A stretch of 64,000 nt of DNA. It comes from Tubulanus polymorphus. Its lineage: Eukaryota > Animalia > Nemertea. Location: contig NC_134033.1 in NCBI RefSeq assembly GCF_964204645.1, positions 3,492,131 to 3,556,130 on the forward strand, read 5' to 3'. The notes under the pieces were generated by a model. It was not told the origin of the DNA. It saw nothing but the letters and a program-made list of their open reading frames with translations, and ran no database searches. Made by a program: the position numbers and the translations under genes. Position 1 is the stretch's first letter. Each line of letters starts with the position of its first letter. This document shows, piece by piece, positions 48,070-61,127 of the stretch.

Positions 48070-50135
48070 CACATGTTGCGAAATTTTTCTTCTTCGCTGA
48101 TTATTTTCAAAATTTTCTGCTCGGCAACCACCGACTAAAACCATACGCGCCTTTAGTGTGTTTACCTGTAAAACTTCCGCATTCCAGATAATCGAAATAC
48201 ATGGCTGGGTACGGGCTTGTTATTACTTGTATAATGCTTAGCGTCACCAAAATTCACCAAGTTGAGGAAGTTCTTGCCAAGCTGATACATCATCTTCTTG
48301 TAAGTTTTCCCATCGAGAAAGGATTCGAATTTCAATCCTCATCATGGATATTCAATTATCATTCTACTGTCTTCTACCGCCTTTGAATGTCTATCATTGT
48401 AGTATGGAGATTTGGCGATCAGTTTTTAAAAGTGTGCTGATATGTTTGATGTTTGTAGTTCATTTTCATTAAGAAATGTCTCGGGTGAAGCACTGAACAC
48501 ATCTGAAATGTGGACGATCAGTTTTTGAAAGTGTGCTGATAAAATGTCTTATGTCTGGTGTTTGTAGTTCATTTTCAATTAAAAATATCTTAGGTGAAGT
48601 ACAGAACACATGTGAAGTGATGACGATCAGTTTTTGAAAGTGTGCTGATAAAATGTCTAAAAATTTGCAAAATGACGTTTTCAGGCCAGAGTACGAGAGT
48701 ACGACTCGCAATCACTCACCACCACACGTAATTTTTTCTATATAAATGGGACACAGAAAGACATTCTTGGCATCGATAAATAACAGAATAAAACCATCAA
48801 AAGATAATATGAAATAAAAAATTAGTTGATGTTTTACAAGAAATTTAGCATAAAATAATAATATTATAAAAAATGAAAACTAAATATGGTGAAAAAATAA
48901 CAGCGAATTTAAGTTATTGCAGCGTGAGTACAACACGTGAATTTAAAGTATTTTTACCCGATAAATGGAATACATTGAATAATGTCGATTTAAAAGATTT
49001 AGAAGGATTCAAGATGATAAATCATGGAAAAGATGAAGATGGTCATTATGAATTAGACATCGTTGAATAAATATTCAAAGAAAAATTAAGAATATTTTCT
49101 CAATCAAAATATTTTCCAAAAAGATTGACAGAAATCAATATTTTTCTGCTTTTTTCACACTTAAAACGAAGAGTAAAAATATTAATCATTTGGAAATTAA
49201 AAAACGAGGAGTAAAGATGTTAATGATTTGGAAATTAAAAACGAGGAGTAAAGATGTTAATGATTTGGAAATTAAAAACGAGGACAAAATGAGGAATAAA
49301 AATGTAAATGATTTTCAAAATTGAAAACGATGACGAAATGAGGAGTAAAAATATCAATGATTTTCAAAATTAAGAAAGAGGTCAAAATGAGGAGTAAAAT
49401 AGCAATGATTTTCAAAATTAAGAAAGAGGACAAAATGAGAAGTAAAAATATCAATGATTTTCAAAATTAAAAACGAGGACAAGATGAGGAGTAAAAATAT
49501 TAATGACTTTCAAAGTTAAAAACGAGGACAAAATGAGGAGTAAAAATATCAATGATTTTCAAAATTAAAAACGAGGACAAAATGAGGAGTAAAAATATCA
49601 ATGATTTTCAAAATTAAAAACGAGGACAAAATGAGTAGTAAAAATATTAATGACTTTCAAAGTTAAAAACGAGGACAAAATGAGGAGTAAAAATATTAAA
49701 GACTTTCAAAATTAAAAACGAGGACAAAATGAGGAGTAAAAATATTAATGATTTTCAAAATTAAAAACGTGGACAAAGTGAGGAATAATGAATTGTGATT
49801 TTTCTCATTTTTAATTAAAATTTTTGCTTAATAAATGGAAACAATTCAAACAATGATTTGTCAAATTAATAGTTATAGATAAAAAGCTTTTTAGATTGAA
49901 TGGATCCAAACATCATATTCCTTTTAATGAATTGGAATTTAAGACATCTTTTTATGATTAACAACATAATATTTAATATAAGATGGTGAAATATTTAGAA
50001 TTAAGTGTGGGAGCTGGCTATTGGTTGAGGATGGGGTGGAGAATGCTTGAGTCGGCGGTGTTTTGGTGGTGTATGTATATTGCTAAAAGAACTGGAGATT
50101 CGCAGGTTGTAACGATTCAATGGGTGAGCGACACC
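48070..50135. other. Decayed AT-rich, intronless coding patch, possibly a Polinton/Maverick or DNA-virus remnant
   Basis: Stop-riddled minus-strand frame at ~48070-48416; ~107-bp repeat with CxxC peptide at ~48416-48660; plus-strand ORF remnant 48746-49070 (KTKYGEKITANL..FKVFLPDKW). TAAATG or TAAGATG precede the ATGs at 48746, 49836 and 49983. Confidence 0.35.
49160..49790. repeat. A-rich tandem array, 35-bp units grading into 49-bp units
   Basis: Unit AAAATTAAAAACGAGGACAAAATGAGGAGTAAAAATATCAATGATTTTC. Confidence 0.92.
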
Positions 50136-50825
50136 GCTACTGTGGCAATCGAGGATTCTACGTTTGGCAGGCGAGGATCCGCCAGGTTCGCTATTAGAAC
50201 TCGGTTTACCGCGCTCCAATTCCTCTACATTTCAGTTAAATTCGAATCAACTTTTCTCGTTAATAAATCATTACTTATAAAACTATACCATACGTCACGC
50301 TCATTGAACGTCAATCTTATATCTATTCGATGACTTGCTACGGTACCATTTCGATTTGGGAGCCTAAAAGTCCAGTTCAAAGATCATAAAAAATGAACTA
50401 ATTTAACGGACGTTGGGACGACTGGTTTTTGGACACGAAATTATAATTTGGGTTCAACCGCTTTTTCATACGTTTCAAATGTCAAAGAATTGGTCCGTAG
50501 TTATGATCAAGTTTTAAAGGGACTCCTGGTTGTCGCGAGTCCGCTGTATTTCAGACGATTCTAGGACAAAAAAACCCATTTTCTCACGCATTATCTTCCG
50601 TCATTTGTTTCTGGCCTTACTATTTACCGCAATATTTACCAGGTAGGGCCACGCGCTATTGTTTAGAATTGTATACAATGGGAGCTTTTGAAGCAATTCG
50701 AAGACCTTTTGCTTATTACGGCCCTGATGGAGAACCCACACAACTATGGAACTGAATCTAGAGTTAGATTAAACCCAGACATGTGTGGAACTTGGTCTAG
50801 AGTCAAGTTAAACCCACACAACAAT

Positions 50826-51274
50826 AGCTGTGGCAATGGAGGATTCCACCTGTGGTTATAGAAGATTCACCAGGCGTCGCTAGTGTGCAATAGGACATGA
50901 ACTACTGTTTCAATAGAGGATTCACCAGGCGTCGCTAGTGTGCAGTAGGACATGAACTACTGTTTCAATAGAGGATTCACCAGGCGTCGCTAGTGTGCAG
51001 TAGGACATGCACTACTGTTGCAATAGAGGATTCACCAGGCGTCGCTAGTGTGCAGTAGGACATGAACTACTGTTGCAATAGAGGATTCACCAGGCGTCGC
51101 TAGTGTGCAGTAGGACATGCACTACTGTTGCAATAGAGGATTCACGAGGCGTCGCTAGTGTGCAGTAGGACATGCACTACTGTTGCAATAGAGGATTCAC
51201 CAGGCGTCGCTAGTGTGCAGTAGGACATGAACTACTGTGGCAATAGAGGATTCACCAGGCGTCGCTAGTGTGCA
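50826..51274. repeat. 55-bp minisatellite, ~8 copies
   Basis: Same unit as 35565-35848. Confidence 0.92.
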
Positions 51275-51621
51275 TCATGCAGACTTCCTATTTCTAACTC
51301 AATGTAGCCCACGGACACTTTTATAGTGACAACTAATTTTCACTACAATCGACGTTTCAGATCATTTAACATTGTTAGTTGAAGATTACTTTAAGATATA
51401 TAATAGGTACCGGGCAACAACATCAATCGAAAAATTTACCATTTATTCAAATTCATGCGTTTAATCATCAAAATTCAATCGCGTCACTCGAGAATTCATT
51501 GTGAAATTTGAAATCACGAAAAAAACGCATCGCTAAAAACGCATCGCAGTAAAAAGCTTGCGCCGCGTCATAGAGCTGCATAAGACGCGTTCATCTCCGG
51601 AAAAGACGTCCGGAAACTAAG

Positions 51622-54397
51622 ATGTTCGGTCTAAGCATCGTTCTGGCGTTTGCCTTCGTTTGGGTGGGACATTCTCTGCCAATAGGTAAGATTTCTTTTT
51701 TCAAAATCTTTCTTTTTCCGATCGAAAATATTGTAAAATTTTTTCTTACAAAACGTACAATACGTTTCTCGGACCCGTTTATTGGGGAACTTTTTAATTC
51801 GATATCATTATTATCATATATTATTCAACTCCGCAATTATTCTATCGAACTCCTAGAAAATACACTTGTTGACGTGTTCCCCCTACAAATATCGAGGGCT
51901 TAACTTAATTACTAATAGTTGAAATCTTTGAACGACCAGAGATTCCAAGGTCTCCTACAGGTTCCGCTGTACATAGAACTATCGCGGTTATAACGAACGG
52001 ATTTTATTCTGATCTCCATCAGAGCCCGCGGTTGCGCAGTTATGAGTCAAGTCCATCAAGTAGGCTTAAATGTTGTTATGTATCATAGTAGAACGTTAAT
52101 TAAAAGTGTTACCATATTGACTACTCGAACCCTACTGTTATAGTAGTCAGTATTTTTGTAACAGCAGCGAAATTAGATTAAGACTGGTTTAAATTAAATT
52201 TTTTTGGATTTGTAATATAAGCTTAGACTGGTCTCGATATTTTGAATTGGCTATACAACCAAAATGAGACTGGGCTTGTTTTAAATCTAAGTCATGACTG
52301 TGCAAGAGGCGGCTTACTGATGAAGCTCGTTGTTTAATAGATCACATATCATCCACAGATACGGCATGCGCCTCAGGAGGCCGGCTGAAGTGGAACATCA
52401 TCCCTGGTTTTGCTCTTGCAGACTTCAATGATAACTATATCGGTCGAATGAGTGAACTCGAATGTCTGAAATCGTGCGCTAATTTCGCTAAATTCCTGTG
52501 TCGTTCTGCCGACTACCAAACGGGGCGTCGAGAATGCTGGATCCAATCAGAAAGTCGATTTACCTTCCCTGAGAAATACCGAAATTTCACTGATTATAAA
52601 ATGATCGACTGGCAGTGCGAAGCAATCAACTCATTGTGTAAGTTAATTGCATGTGGGATTCGAACCTGATAACATCGCTATGACTCGGCCACGGCAAAAA
52701 CCCTGCCATGCTTGTACGGGTGCGCAGGTACATGCGCAGGTTAGCCGCGAGAAAACTCGCGGCGCCTATCAGATTGCTCGTTGTATAATCGCTAAGGTCA
52801 ATCTTAGGGAATAACTATAAATGGAAAAACCCGAGCTAAAAAAAACAGAATTTCTGAGTGGCAAAACAGGGAATTGTTAGATTCATTGCTTCTATGACTC
52901 GTAATATATCCAGTAGACTCTCTATACGTCATCTTTGATTAAGCCACACACGCCGTAGTATTATAGAGATATGAAATTCTTTTGTCCGGTTTAAAAATCT
53001 TGTAACGATTCTGACCGTGGAGTGTCTTATTACGCGCACTCCCCGGGGATCGAACCCGGGTCTCGTACACGCAGAAAAGACCACTTCATCTATCTAGTCC
53101 GCTGCTTGGCCAGTGGTTAAACAGATTGCCATTTATGCATAACTATCTCACGTCGTTTAATGGAATATTTCACGTTTAATCAACTAAAGAACTCTATACT
53201 TAATTACTCAGAAAAAATAAAAGGCTAATCCGATCAGTAGGTACAACCACTTAGCGCGACAGAAATACACGCACTCGCGGCCGTTGAAGCATAGCAAATG
53301 TGGCTTTTTCTATACCAAGATATTTCACAGGATTTCGCGATTATATCGGTTTATCGGGGGCTATTGTCACCAGTTCAAAGGCAAAATAAAAATGATCAGT
53401 TTTCAGAAAAACCCTGGCCCCGGTTTTATCGACCGGTATTACCTTTAACCCGGGGGCTAACTAAATTGAAAATGAATTAAGTTAGCCCCCAGGTTTAAAG
53501 GTAATACCAGTCTATAAAACTGGCCCCTGGTGTTAACTAGGGCCGGGTGGATGGCGGTATATCGGGGTTTGGTTGTATTTTCTGAGATACTCCATTGAGA
53601 CTTAGATTGGCTATAGAACTAAAATGGTCGACAGGAGGCGGATCCAGGAGGATTTGTGAGACGTTTAAAACACCATGAAATATTTTTGAGTGCCCATTTT
53701 CAATTTGTCAATAAGTTTTTGGAAGTGTCTTTTTGGATGTGACAAGTTAATAAGACTTAAATATTGGCCTCTAGGTGCACCCCACCGCTGAATTGCACAG
53801 TAGTGACCTGAATCCAAAAGTGGTCTTAAATCTTAAGACTGGTCCATATTGACTCTGGAACATAGGTCTTAGACCGGTCTTAGTTCCAAGCCATGTGCAA
53901 CTGGCCCCCCTGTGTAAGACTGGCTCCAGCATGGGGCCGGTTGCATAGTCATGGCTTAGACTTAAGACCAGTCTAAGACCAACTTAGTTCTATAGCCAAT
54001 CTAACAACTGAAGACCAATCTTAAGATTTAATACCACTTTTGAACTTAAGTCACGACTGTGCAACTTGCCCCTGGTTTAAGACTGGCCCCTGGGCCTTAA
54101 ACAGCTTCGAAATTATCGAAATTCTTTCTTTCGTTTTCTATAGATTTCCAGGGGGTTCAAGGTCGGCAAATTCCGTCACCAGATGTCGCTGCAGTCGGGC
54201 CTATGACGTCAGGGAGTGAATTAGAATGCGCGTTGGCGTGTCTGGCCAATCAGAGATGCGATCTGATCGTCTTCAAACTGATATCATCATCGAAGGGGAA
54301 CTGTCGTCTGTACAACAGCATCATGGTACCGGATACAAAATGGCAGCCGCCAACAGACGAACTCGTCTTCAAGGACGAATCTAGAATCAACTTCTAA
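51622..54397 (+). CDS. Secreted protein with two PAN/Apple domains, copy 2
   Basis: Exons 51622-51685, 52359-52637 and 54144-54397; intact frame; paralog of 36204-39269. Confidence 0.8.
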
Positions 54398-56067
54398 ATA
54401 AGCAGCTACTAGACCAGGGACATATACAAATTCATCTTTCTCTGCGGGGAAATGCGGACTCGTCTTAAAAATCATATTTCTTATCAATCAGGGAATTTGA
54501 ACAGTGGCTCGGTCATTTTTCTGAAGCTCTGCTTTCTTTACAGGGTGAACTGTGTAATACATCACATATCTCTCAGTAAACATATCACAGAATAAGATGA
54601 AACTTTACCCTACACACATGCGTATGTTTATTATTATGATGGTATTGGTCGTATTTTTAATTATTACAATGCCAATATATTAACGGTTTATATGGAGAAT
54701 ACTGTGCCCCCTTAACGATTACAGATCTGTACACTTTCCGCCGTTTGTGGGCACGTCTTGAATGACCCCAAATAATAATGTGTATTTACAGATTTTTTGT
54801 TGAAATAATAAACATTGTTTTCGTTGTTGTACAATATTTCTTGTCCATGATATTTTCGACCGTCCGTTTCTTCGCTAGATTACTGGTTCAACCTCATCTA
54901 TGAAGACCGCCGAGTCCCCCAGGCCAAATATTTCATACTTTGAATGAAAGGAGCGGTCGACGCGTTCGACCCAAGACTGAGTTCTTGCGAAGACTTCAAA
55001 TGTAACCGAAAATAGGAGGTGTTGTACGTGACGTCATAGTTGAAAGAGGCAAACGTACGATGATATTTTCATTTACACTTTTTGTAAGCGTAAAAATAAA
55101 AGTACGAACGAGCGGTTGACTCTCTTTACTTAGCTTCAGAGCGAAAGAACATCCTTTTGGGTAGACAGACTTTATGGCTCTGCTCAAACTCCAGTCACCC
55201 CATTTTATTTTATATTATATTTTGTCATTATTTGTGTTGTACATATTGATGGTGACAAATAATCTACTATTCTATGCTATGCTATGCTATGCTATGCTGT
55301 GCTATGCTGTGCTGTGCTGTACTGTGCTGTGCCGTGCTATGCCGTGCTATGCTATGCTGTGCTATGCTGTGCTGTGCTGTGCTGTGCTATGCTATGGTAT
55401 GCTATGAATCTGTATTCTCCTTTCAACTTTCTAATCAGCCACTCAGTTCCTTCGTTTGATTTCTTGTATAAATATCCTGGTAATTCCATTATGTGCGCAG
55501 AACGCCTGATGAACAGTCTTTAGCCGAAAAGATGAATTCTCTATTTGGCTGAGGTGAGGATACTTAGAAGTGATGTTCGTTTTTTTTAGAATAAAACCCG
55601 GTGCGAGGTGCATCGTCTCTGAACGTAGAAACTGTTGCATTGATAGACTACGAACAGCGCCCTCGAGCGACAAAATCATTGATATATTCCTTTTTGATCA
55701 AAATATTATTGTTCATAAACTTTTTTAATGTTGAACGATTAAATGATGAATTACTACATGAACATTACGCCAGTTACAAATTGGACAAGTTTTGTATCCC
55801 TAAAACTCTAAATCCTAGTTTCAAATGGATGGTAGCTTCTCATTGCAGGTTTTTACGAATAAGTAATTCAGTAAACACGCTACCATTACCAGAGAGTTGT
55901 GAGTTAGATTTAACTAAAAGCTAAAATAATGTTGCTTATTATATTGTGGTAATTTTGCTCTATTGCATTGTATGTCATTGTATTAGTTCATCTAATCCGG
56001 TCATGTAACTGCAAACCAGATTTAGGGATAAGCAAACATTTTACCGGGACTCGTGTCAAACTATTGT

Positions 56068-58487
56068 TTATTTACTGGATGTCGTCAATCCTAGTAGTCG
56101 TTTATTGCGTTCACGAATAGATTTCATATCGATAGTTAGTATTGTATAAAGAAGCGGATTCAGAGACGAGTTGATCGGTAAAAATAGAACGGCCAGCCAA
56201 GCGGCCACCTGGTTCGGTATCTCGACCGAAAATACGGCGCAAAACTGAACGATTATTATCGGTAGCCAGCAAAATAGATTACAAAGATTGATTACTAAAC
56301 TCCTTCGAGCTAAAACCAGTTCGGTAGGATCGGCTCTACCCGAGCCCGACCTACTTCCAGATACGAGTCTATATATCCGAGCGTACGTCATCATTATCGA
56401 AGCCAAAATGGCCGCATTAGACAAGGCAAAAATAGTGAATGAATAGTGCCAGCCATTAACGTCGATCGTCAGTAAATTCATAGGCAAACAAACTCCGGTT
56501 GTACCGTAAAAATTGTCTCCGAAGTAAGACGACGATGGCAGCGGTAGAATAGAAACTGTGATTATAACGAGCCAACACGTGCAGCAAATAGCGATGACGT
56601 ATTTAACAGTTATAATCGGACTTCTAGAAAACGGGTTGGCGATATTTGAATATCTCTGACGCGTTAGAATTAAGAGAAAAGTTAAAGAACCTTCGCACGA
56701 AACAGTAACAATAACCCCGGCGAGACGACATAATGAGCTATCCGTCCAGATTTCAGAATACAGAAAATAAACGCCTTTGAACGCGTGGTCAGCTCCTGCG
56801 ATCATAAACAAATAGACCGACATCAGAAAATCACAACCGGCAATATTTATGATGAGAATTATGGAGGGAGTGTTCCGTCTTCTAGAGGATTCCACCCGCA
56901 ACGCTTGAATGCGAAGTGACAAAACGATACTGTTAGCGAGAAAACTGAAAGTCGCAATCACCCAGATGATGGCCCTCAGTACAGTGTTACCCATCAGGTC
57001 AGAGCAGGTCGAAAATTGATCAGCTTCGGGAAGACATCGGTCAACATTCGGTGCCATGCAGCAAAATTTGTAAGCATCCGAAGCGAGGTATTTCAATGAT
57101 GTTAGATCGTCAAGAACATTTCTTTGTACGGATATTACTTCGGAATTGTTGACGAGGTCTAGAATTTCAAGTCCAACCAATCCAGAAAAAGCATAGCTGG
57201 AAATATAATAGATCATGTTACTGCTGATATTTAACGACTGTAATGCGGATAAACCTTTAAATACATTTCCACCGAGAACCGATATAGAAAGTCCGTGAAG
57301 ATCGAGAGCAGTGAGTGACGTCAGACCTCGAAAACTACCGTCTTCTAAATGTTGCAGCGGATTTCCGATAAGAAATAGTTCTTTTAAATTGATCAAACCT
57401 GCGAATGAATTAGCAGATAATGATGTTATGCGGTTGTGAGTCAGGTCTAATATGTAAAGATTGTTTAGATTAGAAAACGCGTTTTGAACGATGTTAGACA
57501 AATAATTGCCCGAAATATCGAGAAAACGAAGATAAATGAAAGAGTTGAACGTCAACTCGTTAAATACGACTCGGTTATTCGACAAAATCAAAACCCGAGT
57601 TGATTCTATAAAATGACCAGTAATATCTGATAAAAGAGCATTTTCACAATCGATGAAATGACCCCGGCAATTACAACGCTCAGGACACGTGACCTTACAG
57701 TATGATTCGTCATCCGAGTTATGTTTACAATTTACGACACCGTCGCAAACTTCAGATTGCGGAATACATCGATTTTCCTGGCCACATTTAAACATTCCCG
57801 GACACGACCAAGTCTCGCAGTTTCGTTCATCTTCTGAATTAGGACAATCGGATCGACCGTCACAAACGTGTCTGATCGGTATACAGTAAGATCCCGGACA
57901 TTTTACAGTACCAGCCGCGCATTCGAAGTCATTACACGCGAGTATATGTTCAAGATTTCTACATACCGGGAAACCAATCGGCATCCTTTCTAAAATACAC
58001 CTTTCGTGTCGGGAATAACAGCGAGGAGAATTGAACGAACATCTTTGTTCATCCGATTCCTTACACAGATCTGTGAAACGAGTCGTACAGTGATTGTCAT
58101 TATTACAGTAAACCTCGGGATTCACTGTCATATTAGTGACCAATTCATCTTCTTCGAGACTTCCGCTACAATCCACGACACCATCCCGATACAACTGAGA
58201 ACTAATACATTCACCGTCCGCGCACGAGAACCCCTGGCAAAGTTCGGCAGTGCATCCAATCTCATCGGAACCGTCTTTACAGTTGGCTAGTCCGTCACAT
58301 CGTTCATAACTATCGATACATTGGTGATTGGAACAGCGATATTGCGTGGATAAACACGGTGGATGATAGCACGAGTTCTCATCCGAGCCATCGATGCAAT
58401 CTCTCATAAAGTCACAGAAACCGCTAATCGATATAACCTGTCCATCGTTACAGCGGAACTGACTGTGTAAATTGATATCCGTACAAT
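56068..58487 (-). pseudogene. GRL101-like GPCR copy 2, 3' part (LDLa-LRR-7TM), interrupted by the ISL2EU transposon
   Basis: Protein identical to copy 1 from CTDINLHSQ onward except 2 residues. Homology stops abruptly at GTACAAT|GGGGCTC. Confidence 0.85.
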
Positions 58488-58631
58488 GGGGCTCGCCGCG
58501 CTGAGCGCTGCCGCGAGATGGCGCGCGCGTGTTAGTGGCCCTAGTGATTTGAATTTGAATTGTAAACAACATTTTATTCATCTCCGCGTTCGAGCGAATT
58601 GACGATTTGAAAAGCGCTTGAATCTATTATA

Positions 58632-60334
58632 ATGCCTCGCTATTGTTGTGTACCCCTTTGTAAGTCAAGAGTAGGCGGATTTAAGTTCCCTACGAACACA
58701 GATTTGAAAATGAAATGGCTTGTTGCGATAAAACGACTACAGAGTAGCGAGAAATCTGCAAAATTATGGCAGCCATCGGATACAGCTATCGTATGCCATC
58801 GACATTTTTTACCAACGGACTATAAACAGACACTTACCGGTAAATATGGCTTTCCTATTGAGTTTTCCAACTAAGGTGAAATAAGCGGTCAAGATCCAAG
58901 GCAGGCTGATTCGTTTAGGCCTCAGCTTGGGCCTATCGATATTATGCAATGTCGATGTTTTGAACTTTTTTTAAAAAGCCAGGCGCTTATTTTCATATCA
59001 TCATAGTAGTTTGTTGATAACAGGATAATGATATAACTCAATTATGATAATAACAACAATAGGCCTAATAATTTATGTGGTAGATTTATCTTTTTAATTT
59101 AAAGGTTGTTGACTTGACTGGCAGCTGTTGATCTTTGAGTAGAAATATGTTTTTTTCTTTATGTGTTTCAGGTTCTAGAAGAAAATTAAAAGAGAATGCC
59201 ATTCCGCGTATATTTGCCTTCACACCACCAGTTTCCTCAGATTCAGAGAGAGAAAGTAGAGCCAGTCGGCGAAGATTAAAACTGGAGGAAGAACCTGTAC
59301 ACCATGACATAGCCACTGAAGTTGAAATAGGCCTACAACATACCAGCAATTACAGAATGGACATAATAGAGGAACCAACCAATAAAAACACTAACTTGGA
59401 TAAGAATATTCAGTGTTCCCTCCTTTCAGATCAATTTTTCTGTATCGAGAGATTTATGGTGGATCCTAGGTCGATCAAATATTACACCAGTTTTAAAGAC
59501 TATGAACATTTGATGATGTTTTTCAGTGTACTAGGACCTGCTGCGTACGATTTGAATTACAAATGTCAGAAACTAACACCGGTCAATCAATTTTTCTTGA
59601 CATTAATCAAATTAAGGCGTGCCAAGGAAGATATAGAACTGAGTATTCTGTTCGGCATATCAGAGAGTGTAGTTTCTAGGATTGTGTTAACCTGGGTAAA
59701 CTTCATGTATTTCCAATTAAGTGAAATCAATACATGGCCAGAGAGAGAAGAGATAGACTGTTTCATGCCCAGTGGCTTTAAGCATCATTTTCCGTCAACC
59801 AGAGTTATTTTAGATGCTACAGAGATTCCAATTGAAAAGCCGTCGAATGTAAAATCTCAAACTGCAACTTTCAGCACATACAAACATAAGAACACGCTTA
59901 AAACTATGGTTGGAATATCACCGAGAGGGGTCGTTAGTTATGTAAGTGAAAGTTATGCGGGTTCAACAAGTGACCGACAAATCATTGAACGATCCCAGCT
60001 GTGTTCAAACACCTCAAAATACTTCAGCTCGAATGACAGCATCATGGCCGATAGAGGTATAATGGTACAAGATCTTTTTGCTACCAAGAACATTAAGGTG
60101 AACACCCCAACTTTATTGAAGGGCAAGAGTCAACTTGAACCTGAACAAGTAGTTCATGATCGTAGAGTAGCCAGTAAACGCATCCAAGTAGAAAGAGTAA
60201 TCGGATTGTCAAAAACTTTTCTTATTTTGAAAAAAGACCTGCCGCTTAGTAAAGTCAATATGGGTTCTAGGATAGTTTATGTTTGTTTCAGTATAAGCAA
60301 TTTCAGACCAGCTATTGTGAACGAATTTGCTTAA
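58632..60334 (+). CDS. THAP + HTH + DDE_Tnp_4 (Harbinger/ISL2-like) transposase
   Basis: Exons 58632-58839 and 59172-60334. THAP: CCVPLC, FKFP, W, VCHRHF, NAIP. Catalytic motifs VILDATE, IMADRG, RIQVERVIG. Confidence 0.9.
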
Positions 60335-61127
60335 CCTTATTGTTAATGTCTGTTAATTGATATCTAAAGTATATATTTTTGAGTTTTGTTTTGAGATTCA
60401 TCGAAACCCCTGCTTTAAAGAAACATCATTGTTTCTCTTAATAGATTATTTAGGTAAATCCCAAATTCTTAGATATCAATTATGGGCCTGGACTGTAATT
60501 AATTGTCTGTCGTTGATATTCAAAATCTGTGCGCAATATAACCTATTTCACTTTGACTTAATCCACTCTTTTGCAGTGTTTTCAATTCAAAGGACAAACT
60601 AATTTTCATTCCAGTAACAAACCCTTTTATTGATTTAAAACTGGTAAAAACCAAAAATACAACAACGCTACATAAAATCTTTTTAAAATGCATGATAACA
60701 CAGATATTTTATGTAAAATGGAAGAGTTTGAGTTTTGGGACTAAAGCATTCATGCCATAGTCAGGCGCAGCACATAATGAAATAATAAATAATCATGGTA
60801 ATGAAATATGGTCAGAAAAGGAGTAAATCATTAATTTTCAAACTTTTGACCCACCATCGTCAGTAATTATGCATATAACTACACAACCTGACAAGTATAT
60901 CTGTTTGAAATAACTATATATGATAAAAAATATTGATAATAGATGATAAAAAATATTAAAACTTAAAAGTATCAACAAATAGTAAGCCGATATTGACATG
61001 AAATCTATATCATACAATTGGGATGTACATGTATTTACAAATTTAGTTGTATGAAGATATTAATGCCAAAAACTATGGAATCTTCGGAAAATATCCGATC
61101 TATATCTCCAGGAATAATCTAGATGTT

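Larger units (their letters stand above)
50136..58487. repeat. Tandem segmental duplication 2, unit B
   Basis: Homologous to 34869-43363. Confidence 0.93.

Noticed and set aside
50826-51274. Regular repeats resembling a CRISPR array (also 35565-35848, 25745-26280, 49160-49790)
   Set aside because: Units are contiguous with no unique spacers, there are no cas genes, and the context is eukaryotic. These are minisatellites.
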